Below, one piece after another: positions 49,965-59,771 of a DNA stretch of 64,000 bases. Numbering within the stretch: the stretch's first letter is position 1; each line of letters begins with the position of its first letter. The notes below the pieces were generated by a model. The model did not search any database, had not been told where the DNA came from, and saw nothing but the letters and a program-made list of their open reading frames with translations. Made by a program: the position numbers and the translations under genes. The stretch comes from an uncultured Flavobacteriales bacterium (GTDB lineage: Bacteria > Bacteroidota > Bacteroidia > CAIKAF01). The stretch lies in the NCBI GenBank assembly GCA_903825395.1, contig CAIKAF010000005.1, positions 82,755-146,754 of the forward strand. The letters run 5' to 3'.

Positions 49965-50926
49965 TAGGGCCGGGTTGAGGAAAAAAGCGATTTCCAAGAA
50001 AAATAGTCTCGGTTAAGCCAGGTTCCTAGCAATCCAATGGGAATCGAAACAAGCAGCATAGAGGCTTGTTGCCAAACTGAAATAAATATCCCGGCTGAGG
50101 CGCTGTAGCCTAAGGCTGAAAAAACAGCCCCACTGCCCAATTGCAAAACTCCTAAATTCCCGGGCGTTATTTTTAGCAGCAGACCAATTCGCATCAAAAC
50201 AGTAGCATAAAAGACCCCGGTCAAATCAATTCCCAAATTAAACACCTGTGATATATGCCAACCCCAAAGAGTGGTTAGTCCTGTTAAGAGTATCGAAATA
50301 CCTGTGAAGCGCAGATAGTCTGCTGGCTTAAATTGGCTAAAGCCATCTAGCCCTAAATGCAGGCGCTGTACCCATTTTTTCTTCCAGCTGGGGGCATCCT
50401 GTATTTCTATAAAAGCATTGATTCTAGCTAAAGCATGCAAAGCAAAAACCGAAGAGGCCATACCCAACAATAGTATTACCAGAAATGGAGAAGCTTGGAA
50501 TTGAACCAACAACATCAACCCCATCATGCCATCTACACTCAAACCCAAAAAGAACAGCCAAAAATACGCTCCTGTAAGGGAAAAAAATGAAACATTATAC
50601 TTGGATTTTATGAAAGAGAGAAAATACAAAAAACTGCCTTGAAAAGGAATCAAATATCCCCATACATTCATTGAAAAAGGCAGGGTTAAACGGTCTGTTC
50701 GTTTAATGGCTACTTCTTCTCTTTTTAATAGCCAGGAAAGCTCAAATCCTTGAATCCAAAAAGAAAGGGCAGAAATTAACATCCCAAAAATTAGAATAGG
50801 AAGGGTTTTTATTCCCCAAACATCCGAATACTCTGTAAAGGCCATCCAAACCGCCAAAGCAAATAGAAATAAGCCCAATAGCCATGAAAAAGCAATTTTG
50901 ATTGTTTTTATATTTAATCGGAGCAC
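49964..50926 (-). CDS. UPF0104/lysylphosphatidylglycerol-synthase TM-like (flippase-like) membrane protein
   Basis: About 8 TM segments; YLIPFQG and ITPGNLGV motifs. Confidence 0.75.
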   Translation of the reverse strand: MLRLNIKTIKIAFSWLLGLFLFALAVWMAFTEYSDVWGIKTLPILIFGMLISALSFWIQGFELSWLLKREEVAIKRTDRLTLPFSMNVWGYLIPFQGSFLYFLSFIKSKYNVSFFSLTGAYFWLFFLGLSVDGMMGLMLLVQFQASPFLVILLLGMASSVFALHALARINAFIEIQDAPSWKKKWVQRLHLGLDGFSQFKPADYLRFTGISILLTGLTTLWGWHISQVFNLGIDLTGVFYATVLMRIGLLLKITPGNLGVLQLGSGAVFSALGYSASAGIFISVWQQASMLLVSIPIGLLGTWLNRDYFSWKSLFSSTRP

Positions 50927-51019
50927 GGCATGGACTTAAAATTCAGGCTTTAACATTATCGCGTAAATCCTGTTTCTGGTTTAAACATTTTTGGACTGGG
51001 CTCTTTTTGTGGTGGCCAA

Positions 51020-51166
51020 GCGCCCCGGACCGCACGGATACCCCGCAAGGGGCCGGAGCCGGTTGGGCCCGGTTGGCGGGGTGGAGCTGTGCGGAACCAC
51101 CGCCGGCCGGCTGCCCAACGGGATTCGGCACCGCGGAGTAGCAGTAAGGGCCGGAATAGGCGCCCC
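51020..51166 (-). repeat. Family B-like hairpin, copy 7 (most diverged)
   Basis: Reverse complement GGGGCGCC...TCCGCGG...GCGGTGG...CCTTGCGGGG...GGGGCGC; similar length and stem layout. Confidence 0.65.
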
Positions 51167-51187
51167 AAAAATGCCCTAAATTCCTTT

Positions 51188-53107
51188 TCATTCTGTGCTG
51201 TTGTTTTCGCTGAATCGGGGGGGCATGCCTGCTATGACGCGGAGTACCCGCTCGGTGTCGAGCCCGATGGTGCTGCAGTACCACTGCAGGCCGGCCCATC
51301 GCGGTAGATTTTCGGCCATGGCTTTGCTCAGCGCCTGTTCCCGGCTCAATTGCCCTTCGCGAATCTGATTGCTGCGGAAGGTGTCGTTCTCGGTAAAGCC
51401 CGCAACCCGCCAATAGATGAAGTTGTAAAAGGCCGCCGTGCCGTCGCCAATGCGCCAGGTGGTGGGCGTTTCCGGATCTACCTCCCAATCGTAGCTGCCC
51501 CGAAGCAGTTCAATCATGGGCTCTTCCTGCCAAGGCAAGTAGTCGAAGATGTTGAGGTTGGAATGGGTTAGCCCATAGTAGGAGGCAAAGGCCCCTAGCG
51601 TATCGACCATAGATGCGTTGATGTAGGCGGGATTTAATACGGTCTCTTTTCCGTAATACAACAGCATTTTTAGTTTGTCAGCACCCGGGAGCTGGTAGGT
51701 TTTTTCTTCTCCAAATCGAGGAGGTATGCCGGCATATGCGGTTTTGAATCGGGTGGTTTCCAGTAGGTTTTCGCCCATGACCGATATGGTTAGGCCATAG
51801 GCCCGAAGCAGCCGCTGCGTATGGTAAAAATACTGTTTGTCGCCGGCCATAAACAAGGGGATGGTTCCCAATCGGGGGCGGCGCAGCCAGGCGCTGACAT
51901 TTCGGCGCACGTTGGCCCGCTTGGCGCGGATGTCGGCAGAAACCAATATGTGCTCTACGCCTAAGACTCCGCACATGCGGGCCTGATTGCGGCGGGCCAA
52001 ATCGGTCAGTAAACCCCAGTCGTAACTGAATGCCAGGGGCTTTAAGCCCAATTCCTTGACCAAATAATGCAGGGCAAAGCTGCTGTCGCGGCCTCCACTA
52101 AAGGGAACCAGACAGTTGGGCCCCTCACTCCTTGTGGTCAGGCTTTTCCGGGTTTCCTGAGCCAGGGCCTCTGCCCCTTTGGGCTGAAGTGGCCGGTGGT
52201 TGCGGCAATGGTTGCAAACGCCATGGTCATCAAATTCAATAAAAGGAAAGGTGTCGGGAAGGATGCAGCGGGTACAGCGCTTTAAGGTCAGCACCCTGTC
52301 CTGAATGCGGGCGGCCAGTTCTTCAAAGGGCCTCAAATTCAAGGAGGACTGCGGGCTGGGCGGAAGAACCGGAGCATGCAATCCGCTGGGGATTTCCTGC
52401 ACCGGAACGGCCGGGCCGGGGCTCAACGCTTCAATTCCCTTGCCCAATTCGGGGCGATCATAGGTAGAACCCTCCGGGAACAGGTCTTTAAATTCGCGCT
52501 GCAGGCTGTGCAGCATGGTTTGCTCCGAAGCCAGAACCTGTATGTCGTTCGTGGGCGAACTCAAGGAATGTAGGGAGCCGTTGTTGCTGCCGTACCACCA
52601 GCCGGGCTGATTGGCCGTCAGGGCAATTAAAGATGCCGTGCCCTCCATGCGGCTCAGCACTTCGTTGCGCTGTTCCGCGGGTAATACCGCCAGCCCTCGG
52701 GCCAGCACCTCGCTGTCCACCTCAGTTTGGCGCTGAGCGGCTCCCCAGCGCTGCCAAAGCTCGTCCGCATTCACCACAATGCCATTGTGCACCAGCAGCC
52801 AAGGACTCGAATACACCGGTTGGTTGTTTTGATTTTGGCTTTCATGCCCGTTGGTTACCAGGCGGGAGTGGGCGATCAGGTGAATAGGGCCGGGAGCGAT
52901 GTTGTTCAACATACTGCGGTATGCTTCTGTGCGCATCAGCTGTTCGGCCGGTTGCGGACAGCGGACAAATTGCAGTTTTTGGCTGTCGCGGATGGCCAGG
53001 CCGGAGGCCTCTTTGCCCCGGGCTTGAGACAAACGGAGCAAACAGGCCAGCAGGGCCGGGTTAAAGGACCTGCTGTTGCTCAGGTATATGCCAACGATGC
53101 CGCACAT
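51188..53107 (-). CDS. Class II (Ntn) glutamine amidotransferase fused to a WbuX-like N-acetyl sugar amidotransferase domain
   Basis: MCGIVG, HSRLVTNG, NQPV, HNGIVVN and DSEV; then CTRC...CNHC, FSGGRDSS and SNQIREGQLSREQAL. Confidence 0.87.
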   Translation of the reverse strand: MCGIVGIYLSNSRSFNPALLACLLRLSQARGKEASGLAIRDSQKLQFVRCPQPAEQLMRTEAYRSMLNNIAPGPIHLIAHSRLVTNGHESQNQNNQPVYSSPWLLVHNGIVVNADELWQRWGAAQRQTEVDSEVLARGLAVLPAEQRNEVLSRMEGTASLIALTANQPGWWYGSNNGSLHSLSSPTNDIQVLASEQTMLHSLQREFKDLFPEGSTYDRPELGKGIEALSPGPAVPVQEIPSGLHAPVLPPSPQSSLNLRPFEELAARIQDRVLTLKRCTRCILPDTFPFIEFDDHGVCNHCRNHRPLQPKGAEALAQETRKSLTTRSEGPNCLVPFSGGRDSSFALHYLVKELGLKPLAFSYDWGLLTDLARRNQARMCGVLGVEHILVSADIRAKRANVRRNVSAWLRRPRLGTIPLFMAGDKQYFYHTQRLLRAYGLTISVMGENLLETTRFKTAYAGIPPRFGEEKTYQLPGADKLKMLLYYGKETVLNPAYINASMVDTLGAFASYYGLTHSNLNIFDYLPWQEEPMIELLRGSYDWEVDPETPTTWRIGDGTAAFYNFIYWRVAGFTENDTFRSNQIREGQLSREQALSKAMAENLPRWAGLQWYCSTIGLDTERVLRVIAGMPPRFSENNSTE

Positions 53108-53113
53108 GCTGCT

Positions 53114-54211
53114 TTATTTATAAAGCCTTTCGTTGTCTTGAATGTCCATCCACATGGCGAACAAGAAACTTTGTATGGAGGAAATGCCCAGGAAGGTAAA
53201 GGCAAAAAGGGTTTCGAAGCTCATGTTTTGAACCAACCAGAGCGCCTTTAATACCCGATATAGGTAGGGCAGCCAAAGGAGGCCCAGCAAAAAAGAGAAA
53301 TGGTAGAGCAAAAACAAAGGATGGAAATCCCGAAACAGGTACTTGTGCCAAAGCCGGCGGAAGAATCCCTTGAACAAGAGGAAGGAAATGCGGGGTATGA
53401 CCTTTAGGATTTTCATTTTGCTTTTTTCTCCTACGTCATAAATGGGTTTAATTTCCACTTCTCTGAGGCTGCAAAAGGCAATGTTCAGTTTCACCAGCAT
53501 GTCGTTGGGCATTCCATAGCGCGGATAAATTTGATGCAGCCGAATTGCATTCAGAGCTTTGTTTGAAAGGGCGGTGTATCCCGTTTGGGTATCGGACACA
53601 TGCCAATATCCGCTGGCCATTTTGGTAAGTATGGAAAGGATGGAGTTGCCCAGGTATCTGATTTTGGGAATGACAAGGAGGGCACTGCGGTGAATCAGGC
53701 GGTTTCCCTTTACATAATCAATGCCTTCTTCAATTACGGGTAGGCAGATGCTTTCCAATTCGTCGGGATCCATTTGTCCATCGCCGGCCATAACCGCCGT
53801 GCAATCTATGCCATAATCTTTGGCCCATTTGTAGCCTCGGGCAATGGCAGCGCCTACGCCGGCATTTTGAAGCAAATTGATTAAGATGATGCGGTCGGTT
53901 TCCGGGCTGGCATTGGCGATTTGGGCCGGAGTAAACAGGGCTACTTCTTGTTGTTGAAGCTGTTGAACAACTTGGCTGGCTCGGTTGTAGCGGTTGGGGA
54001 CCACTCGGTTGAGGATGTTTTGAATGGGGAAGGGGGCCGGGGCTTGTTGGGCCATGTAATCGGCAACCATTTGGGCGGTTTGGTCAATGCTGAAATCATT
54101 GACAACGATAATGCGGTCAACGAAATCGGGCATGGAGGCCAGGACTTCGGTGATTTGGGTTTCTTCGTTGTAGCAGGGGACTACGACGGCGATGGTTTTA
54201 TTGTGGAGCAT
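53114..54211 (-). CDS. GT2 glycosyltransferase (DPM-synthase-like) with C-terminal TM helices
   Basis: VVVPCYNE, VNDFSID, MAGDGQMDP, KGNR and DTQTGY motifs. Confidence 0.9.
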   Translation of the reverse strand: MLHNKTIAVVVPCYNEETQITEVLASMPDFVDRIIVVNDFSIDQTAQMVADYMAQQAPAPFPIQNILNRVVPNRYNRASQVVQQLQQQEVALFTPAQIANASPETDRIILINLLQNAGVGAAIARGYKWAKDYGIDCTAVMAGDGQMDPDELESICLPVIEEGIDYVKGNRLIHRSALLVIPKIRYLGNSILSILTKMASGYWHVSDTQTGYTALSNKALNAIRLHQIYPRYGMPNDMLVKLNIAFCSLREVEIKPIYDVGEKSKMKILKVIPRISFLLFKGFFRRLWHKYLFRDFHPLFLLYHFSFLLGLLWLPYLYRVLKALWLVQNMSFETLFAFTFLGISSIQSFLFAMWMDIQDNERLYK

Positions 54212-55556
54212 GGGGGGAGGCTTTTTTAAAAAACAATCGAAGGCCAAGGGGTACCATTAAATAGGGGATAAAATCCTGAACATAGCCGTATCGGGGCAAG
54301 TGTTTGCTAAGGTTAATATCCAAGACCAGGGCCAACAGCACGAAGGCAAAGGCCAAGAACCACAGATATGCGGCATCGGCAGCATGCGGCCCTCGAATGC
54401 GCATTGCAGCAAGGCCTACCGAAACTAAAGCCAAAACAATCCACAAGATATTGTTTAAAAGCAAACTGTGAAGAACATAACCCAAGTGTTGAATGTGCAA
54501 AAAAACATGGCCGGATTTTACGCGCGAAAACGCCTGCTCCTTAAATTGTGTGGCAATTCCGTATTTCAAGTCCTGGGCCTGCATTTCATGCCATAGGTAC
54601 TGCCGCCAAGGTTTAGGTACAGGAACGGCATTGTCGTACATGGTGTACCCTTCCCATTGCAATTTTTGATGCATCAGGTGTTTTTCTATGCGGTCAGGCA
54701 GCAAGGTATAGTAAAAGGCGGGCCTGTCGTAAGATGTGTTCAGCAGATAGCTGCCGTTTTTGTCGCCTCTGTTGGGGGTTGGATTCGGTTTCTGTTCAGC
54801 ATTGGCGGGCACAGCTGTCTTGTAAACCAACCTTGACAGCCGCTGCATGTTGCCGTAGTTGGGATAGCCCACCAACAGCCAACTGAGGCCCAGAAGAAAA
54901 AAACCGGAGAATAAAACGGCGCCCAGCAAGGGTCGAAAAGCCTCCGATTTTTTAAAAAATAAATACATCAAGACCGCCATCACCCAGGGCCAAAGCAAGA
55001 TGCCATTGGAGCGAAACAAAGGAAGCAGCATCAGCACCACGCCAAACAGGATGGCAAACACGGGCTTGGGTTGCGGTTTGAGCACCGCCGGGAGCAGGCT
55101 TAAGGCCAGCAAAAAAAGGAGCAAAAAAGGAGGCTCGGTTAATGGGGCCGTAAAAAAAGCCAAGGAATATCCGTCGGCGAGGTAGGCCCCCAACAACAAA
55201 GCGGCCCCGGCCCCATACCAACCCCAGTTACGAACCCAAGCTCGGGAAACCAAGGCATAAACCAAAAACAGGCTTATAACCTGGATGGCAATATAGCTTG
55301 GGGTAGAAAGGCTAAATTGCATCTTTGCATACAGGAGGAGGGGTAAGCCCAAAGGTAAATCAATCAATACCCCATCGTAGGAGCCAAATAAGCCGTTCAT
55401 CCATCGATCGGCGAGGCTGTAATAGTCGAAATAATCGGGGGTAATATCGAATAATGGGGCGTAAATCCAAAATAGGAGGTGGGAATAGAACATCCATAAA
55501 AACCCTACAATTGGCAGAAGGATTTTGATTGATTTTTTTTTCAATCTAAAACACAT
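54198..55556 (-). CDS. Polytopic membrane protein, GT-C/ArnT-like or polymerase-like
   Basis: PDYFDY, LTEP, FRSNG and PRYG motifs; about 11 TM segments. Confidence 0.65.
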   Translation of the reverse strand: MCFRLKKKSIKILLPIVGFLWMFYSHLLFWIYAPLFDITPDYFDYYSLADRWMNGLFGSYDGVLIDLPLGLPLLLYAKMQFSLSTPSYIAIQVISLFLVYALVSRAWVRNWGWYGAGAALLLGAYLADGYSLAFFTAPLTEPPFLLLFLLALSLLPAVLKPQPKPVFAILFGVVLMLLPLFRSNGILLWPWVMAVLMYLFFKKSEAFRPLLGAVLFSGFFLLGLSWLLVGYPNYGNMQRLSRLVYKTAVPANAEQKPNPTPNRGDKNGSYLLNTSYDRPAFYYTLLPDRIEKHLMHQKLQWEGYTMYDNAVPVPKPWRQYLWHEMQAQDLKYGIATQFKEQAFSRVKSGHVFLHIQHLGYVLHSLLLNNILWIVLALVSVGLAAMRIRGPHAADAAYLWFLAFAFVLLALVLDINLSKHLPRYGYVQDFIPYLMVPLGLRLFFKKASPHAPQ

Positions 55557-56629
55557 TGCAACGCCCTTTTTAATTTATTTAGGTCTAGTTGTCTATCTGC
55601 ATTTATTATTTTCAATCGTACTTCGGCCCCTGTTTTTTGAGGCGGCGTCCATTTTGTTTTTTTTGCGTGGGTTTCCATTCCAGAAACGGCATATTGAATA
55701 GAAGCAACACTAGCCAAATTTCTAAATGTAAATGGATGTCCATATGCTGCAAAATCTTCTGGCATAAATTCGAGAACAGTAGCACCTTTAGGCAAGAAAA
55801 TTAAGTTTGTCAAGCCTGCGCCGTGCAATCCAGCAAGGATTTTAGTTTCCTGCATTAATTGGATTTGCTCTTTCATGGGTAACTCCTCAAACACAATGGG
55901 CTCAAACCCTAAATTTTGAATAAGGCGCAAAACCTCACCTTCGTTCAAAAGGGCCCTACGGCTTTTCTCAGACCTGTGGATCCATATTTTACGATTTGGT
56001 GCTTTGGGCGTATTAGAAAATGCTTGTGTATAATGTTGAGCCACCCTATATATTTCATTAGGATGAAAGAGAGAACTGGATTTGCGTGCATGCGGAAGTA
56101 TCAAACGAGAAATAAATGCATGTTCATCCAATTCCAAGCATTCCCATTCAATCCCAACAGAGGCAAGACTGGAGGCTACATATTCAAAATTTTTCCATCG
56201 ATTTGAAACCAGCAGTTTGGTGTTTTTTGCGACGAGACCGGCATCAAGAGCTCTGAGCAATCGAGGCATAAAACAGGTTAGCCAGAAAGAATACCCGAAC
56301 CACTTATGGTGAATAAGTAGGTAGGTTTGCTCCGGGTCTAGTTTTCGCACCTTCAAGCTGCTCCCAAAGCGGCAAACAGCCTCTTGAAAGGCTACCTCTT
56401 TTTGGAAGTTCCAGAATTGAGGGATGTCGTTTTTAGGAAATAAATTGGGCATGCAATGCCGGTTTAGCACACCGAATTTGGATACCAGGCCATAGTGGGA
56501 TACAAAAACATTGGACAGCCGGTCGATGCCGGGAGGGGATACAGAAAAAGAATGCTGTTGACCGATGTAGCCTTGCAGGTCCGGGTCGGCAAAAACGGGA
56601 TTAGCTAGAACAACCTTCTGTGGGTTCAT
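55541..56629 (-). CDS. GT61 (DUF563)-like protein
   Basis: IWIHR...RRALLNE and GLHGAGLTNLIFL motifs. Confidence 0.85.
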   Translation of the reverse strand: MNPQKVVLANPVFADPDLQGYIGQQHSFSVSPPGIDRLSNVFVSHYGLVSKFGVLNRHCMPNLFPKNDIPQFWNFQKEVAFQEAVCRFGSSLKVRKLDPEQTYLLIHHKWFGYSFWLTCFMPRLLRALDAGLVAKNTKLLVSNRWKNFEYVASSLASVGIEWECLELDEHAFISRLILPHARKSSSLFHPNEIYRVAQHYTQAFSNTPKAPNRKIWIHRSEKSRRALLNEGEVLRLIQNLGFEPIVFEELPMKEQIQLMQETKILAGLHGAGLTNLIFLPKGATVLEFMPEDFAAYGHPFTFRNLASVASIQYAVSGMETHAKKTKWTPPQKTGAEVRLKIINADRQLDLNKLKRALQCVLD

Positions 56630-56702
56630 TTTTGGGGGCTGAGGCAGGCTGTTTTTTGATTTGAAATGGTACGCTGGTTTCTAACAAAATTCTTTAAAAA
56701 AA

Positions 56703-57659
56703 TCAACCCAAAACTACTTTTGACTTGCTTACTGCTTTTTGAACCAAAGAACCGATAACCGGTAGATTATACACTGCCAAAATCATAAGATTTTTATTTG
56801 TTCTTCGATTATAACCTTTCGGGCATAGAATAAAAGACAACCCGGCATGTCGATAGAACCGGGCGGTGGATTTTTTTTTCCAGCTTTCAACAGCCAAATG
56901 ATAATGGCAAGCGCTCCGACGCAAATTGCATGCGGAAAGAGGCAAGAAGGGCCTCAACTCCCTGCGGTTAAAAATTGAAGTTAACGCGTTTAGCTCCCGT
57001 TGCCATTTTTTGGGGTCGCCCCAGGTAAAACTTTCGGGGTGAGCTACATATACCGTAGTCCTTTCTTTTAATTCATACATGGGAATGCCCTTTGCCACCA
57101 TACGTAATGTGGTATCCATATCCTCGCAAATGGGAATGTGCGGGTCAAATTTAACCGCATGCAAAATGCTGCTATGAACACACCAACGTTGTGGATTTAC
57201 GGTATATAAAATGAAATAGCGATAAGCATCCGTTGTTTCAAAATCCGGACAAACGCGCTCTTCTCTGTTTCCTTGAGCATCTTCATTCCATGCCTTCGTA
57301 AATAAAAACGCGGTGGGGAACCCCAGCTTTTCCAATCCTTTGTACAACATGCTCAGATGCTCCGGCAAGTGATAGTCATCGCTGTCTAAAAAACAAATGT
57401 AGCGTCCTTGAGCCACCATTATTCCTCGGTTTCGGCTAAGGCTTCGCTCTTGGTTTTGGGCGTTCGTTAATACCCGAATGCGGGAATCCTGTTCAGATGC
57501 TTGTGCTGCTATGGAGGCCGATGCATCGGTGGATGCATCGTCAACCAATACCAATTCCCAATGGGAATAGGTTTGTGCCTGCACCGATGCTATTGCCCGA
57601 CCTAAGGTAGAAGCCCGGTTGTAAAAAGGGATAACGATGGAAAAAAAAGGCTTAGACAT
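56703..57659 (-). CDS. GT2 glycosyltransferase
   Basis: SIVIPFYNR, VDDASTD, FLDSDD and CED; similar to 44119-45048. Confidence 0.92.
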   Translation of the reverse strand: MSKPFFSIVIPFYNRASTLGRAIASVQAQTYSHWELVLVDDASTDASASIAAQASEQDSRIRVLTNAQNQERSLSRNRGIMVAQGRYICFLDSDDYHLPEHLSMLYKGLEKLGFPTAFLFTKAWNEDAQGNREERVCPDFETTDAYRYFILYTVNPQRWCVHSSILHAVKFDPHIPICEDMDTTLRMVAKGIPMYELKERTTVYVAHPESFTWGDPKKWQRELNALTSIFNRRELRPFLPLSACNLRRSACHYHLAVESWKKKSTARFYRHAGLSFILCPKGYNRRTNKNLMILAVYNLPVIGSLVQKAVSKSKVVLG

Positions 57660-58800
57660 CTTGTACTTTTGATGCCAGAAGAAAACTTAACTGTTGTCCG
57701 TCAAGCCAAACCGGACCGTCCATACTTTCTTCCGTGGTATTGGCCTCTAGAAATAAGGTGTAATCCAAGCCGCAAGCCTGGGCCAAATGTTGATAGCAAA
57801 ACCGGTTCCATGGCGCAGCTTGCAAAAAAGGGAAACTGATTTCAACCACCTGCCCGCCCGCTGGCAAAAACATGAGATTGGTTAAGTTTGCCCCATGAAA
57901 CCCAATCAGGCCGATTGAGTTTCGTACCACAACAAGTTGATCTCGGAACGCCAGTTCATCAAAATCCACGTAGTTTACCGGTATCTCCGCCAAGGCTTCC
58001 TTTACTTCTGCAACGTTCAAAATTGACCTAGAAAGCCCAGGTCTGCGAAGAGCAAATACAAACTGAGTCGGGGAGGCCCTATTGGTTTCTATGTTTGCAT
58101 ACAGCGCACGTATGCTTTTTTTTAACAGACCTGCGCTTGGAATGTCCGCCCAAGGCTCTGAAATGAAAAAAAACCGCTTAACCAGAACAAGTTCTTCCTC
58201 CCCCGAATGCCTGAAAACAGGCAATTGAGGCGCAATCAATTTGATGCTCTCTATGCAAAAATTAGGAAACGATTTAGGTAGTAGTATTGGTGTGATTTGG
58301 GCCTCTGGATGTGCCATCCAAAGCCGAAGCCTAGGAACAGTTTCGGTCATCCAATGGTAATAATTGTTCATTGACCATCGGTTATACAACAGTACACCTC
58401 TGTCCATTCTATGAATCGTCCTCTTCAGCCTAGACTCCAAAATAAAAAAACCATGTATGGTTTTTGATTCAGAACTATGTTTAAGTCCCAATTGCGCCAA
58501 GCCCTTGGGGCACAACCATACTCCCTCGCTATAAACCAAGGCCGATGCATATTCGTGGGCATAAACGGCTCGCGTTTTCACTGGTAAGGCTGGTTCGGGT
58601 ATTCCAAATGGTTTATACCCTAAGGGCTCTTCCTCAGCCAATAGTAGCCCACTTGGAGGATGGGTATCGCTGGTTAAGCTCGCGTTTTCTTTTCCTGCCA
58701 GCCACCAAGCCAACCATTTAGGTTTCCATATCAGCAGCAAAAAATACAACCAGGACCGCATTCCTTTTTTAGGGACGGTTTGGATTTCCAAATATGGCAT
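57652..58800 (-). CDS. GT61 (DUF563)-like protein
   Basis: NYYHWMTETVPR, RSILN and GFHGANLTNLMFL motifs. Confidence 0.85.
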   Translation of the reverse strand: MPYLEIQTVPKKGMRSWLYFLLLIWKPKWLAWWLAGKENASLTSDTHPPSGLLLAEEEPLGYKPFGIPEPALPVKTRAVYAHEYASALVYSEGVWLCPKGLAQLGLKHSSESKTIHGFFILESRLKRTIHRMDRGVLLYNRWSMNNYYHWMTETVPRLRLWMAHPEAQITPILLPKSFPNFCIESIKLIAPQLPVFRHSGEEELVLVKRFFFISEPWADIPSAGLLKKSIRALYANIETNRASPTQFVFALRRPGLSRSILNVAEVKEALAEIPVNYVDFDELAFRDQLVVVRNSIGLIGFHGANLTNLMFLPAGGQVVEISFPFLQAAPWNRFCYQHLAQACGLDYTLFLEANTTEESMDGPVWLDGQQLSFLLASKVQDV

Positions 58801-59767
58801 GAACCAGGCCCCTTTTCATCAAATACCTATACTCTGGTTGCAGTTCTGGCGACCATGCCTTTTTGCTCTTGAATAGCCATCGCAGCAAATCAAAGTTTGA
58901 GCCCATATCCTCTAAAAAGATGCTGTGTTGAAAAACAAAGGCAGAAACAATGTGCTGAGCAAGGGAAACCGAAACCTGTACCCTTAATGCATAATTAAAG
59001 GGTTTTTTCAGACCGGCGGCGGGAAACATTGGGACTTTTGAATCAGGGAAACAGAGGTTTGACAATGCTTGCATAAGCAAAAGGCGTTCGGCAAACATGT
59101 GCGATTTACCGGGCGGCTCCTGTGCTTGAATGGATGATTTGGCCTCAGGATGCCTTCGAAAATTAGAAACCGTATTTTCAATTTGTACTACTGGCGCTTC
59201 TGGGCTACCCAGCAATAGGCTAAACCACAATTCCAAATCCATGGCGTACTGAAATTCGGGGTGAACCCCACCTAAGGCCCGAACTTTATCTCCATTGAAT
59301 AGGGTCCCCTCCTGATTAATGTTGGCCTTTGAAAGGGTTTCTGCCCTTGAAGCGCCGAGAAAAGAAGGTTGCCGCAGGTGAGAGAACCGGGCTTCATCCC
59401 AAACCTTTGCTGAGCCACAAACCGCCAGGGGGCTGGGCTGACTCTTCCATCCGTCGGCCCAGGCAAAAAGGGCGCCTGGCTCCAAAAAATCATCCGAGTT
59501 AATCCATCCCACCAATTCCCCTTTGCTTCGAACCAACCCCTTATTAATGGCACGGCTTTGCCCTCCGTCCGGACAAGACTCCCAAGCGTGCAAATGCGGG
59601 GCGTATTTCTTGATGATGTTTACGCTTTCGTCGGTGCTACCCCCATCCATAACCATGTATTCAAGCTCAGGATAACCCTGACTAAGTACAGAATCTATGG
59701 TTTGTTCCAAATACATTCCCTGATTAAAAGAGGGGGTTACCAAGGTGATTGTTGGAAAGGTCGGCAT
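58769..59767 (-). CDS. GT2 glycosyltransferase
   Basis: VTPSFNQG, DGGSTD, GQSRAINKG, WINSDD and YAMDLE motifs. Confidence 0.92.
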   Translation of the reverse strand: MPTFPTITLVTPSFNQGMYLEQTIDSVLSQGYPELEYMVMDGGSTDESVNIIKKYAPHLHAWESCPDGGQSRAINKGLVRSKGELVGWINSDDFLEPGALFAWADGWKSQPSPLAVCGSAKVWDEARFSHLRQPSFLGASRAETLSKANINQEGTLFNGDKVRALGGVHPEFQYAMDLELWFSLLLGSPEAPVVQIENTVSNFRRHPEAKSSIQAQEPPGKSHMFAERLLLMQALSNLCFPDSKVPMFPAAGLKKPFNYALRVQVSVSLAQHIVSAFVFQHSIFLEDMGSNFDLLRWLFKSKKAWSPELQPEYRYLMKRGLVHAIFGNPNRP

Positions 59768-59771
59768 GCTG

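Noticed and set aside
54..51166. Family B hairpins as integron attC sites
   Set aside because: No consistent RYYYAAC/GTTRRRY ends, mixed orientation, next to core genes, and no integrase seen
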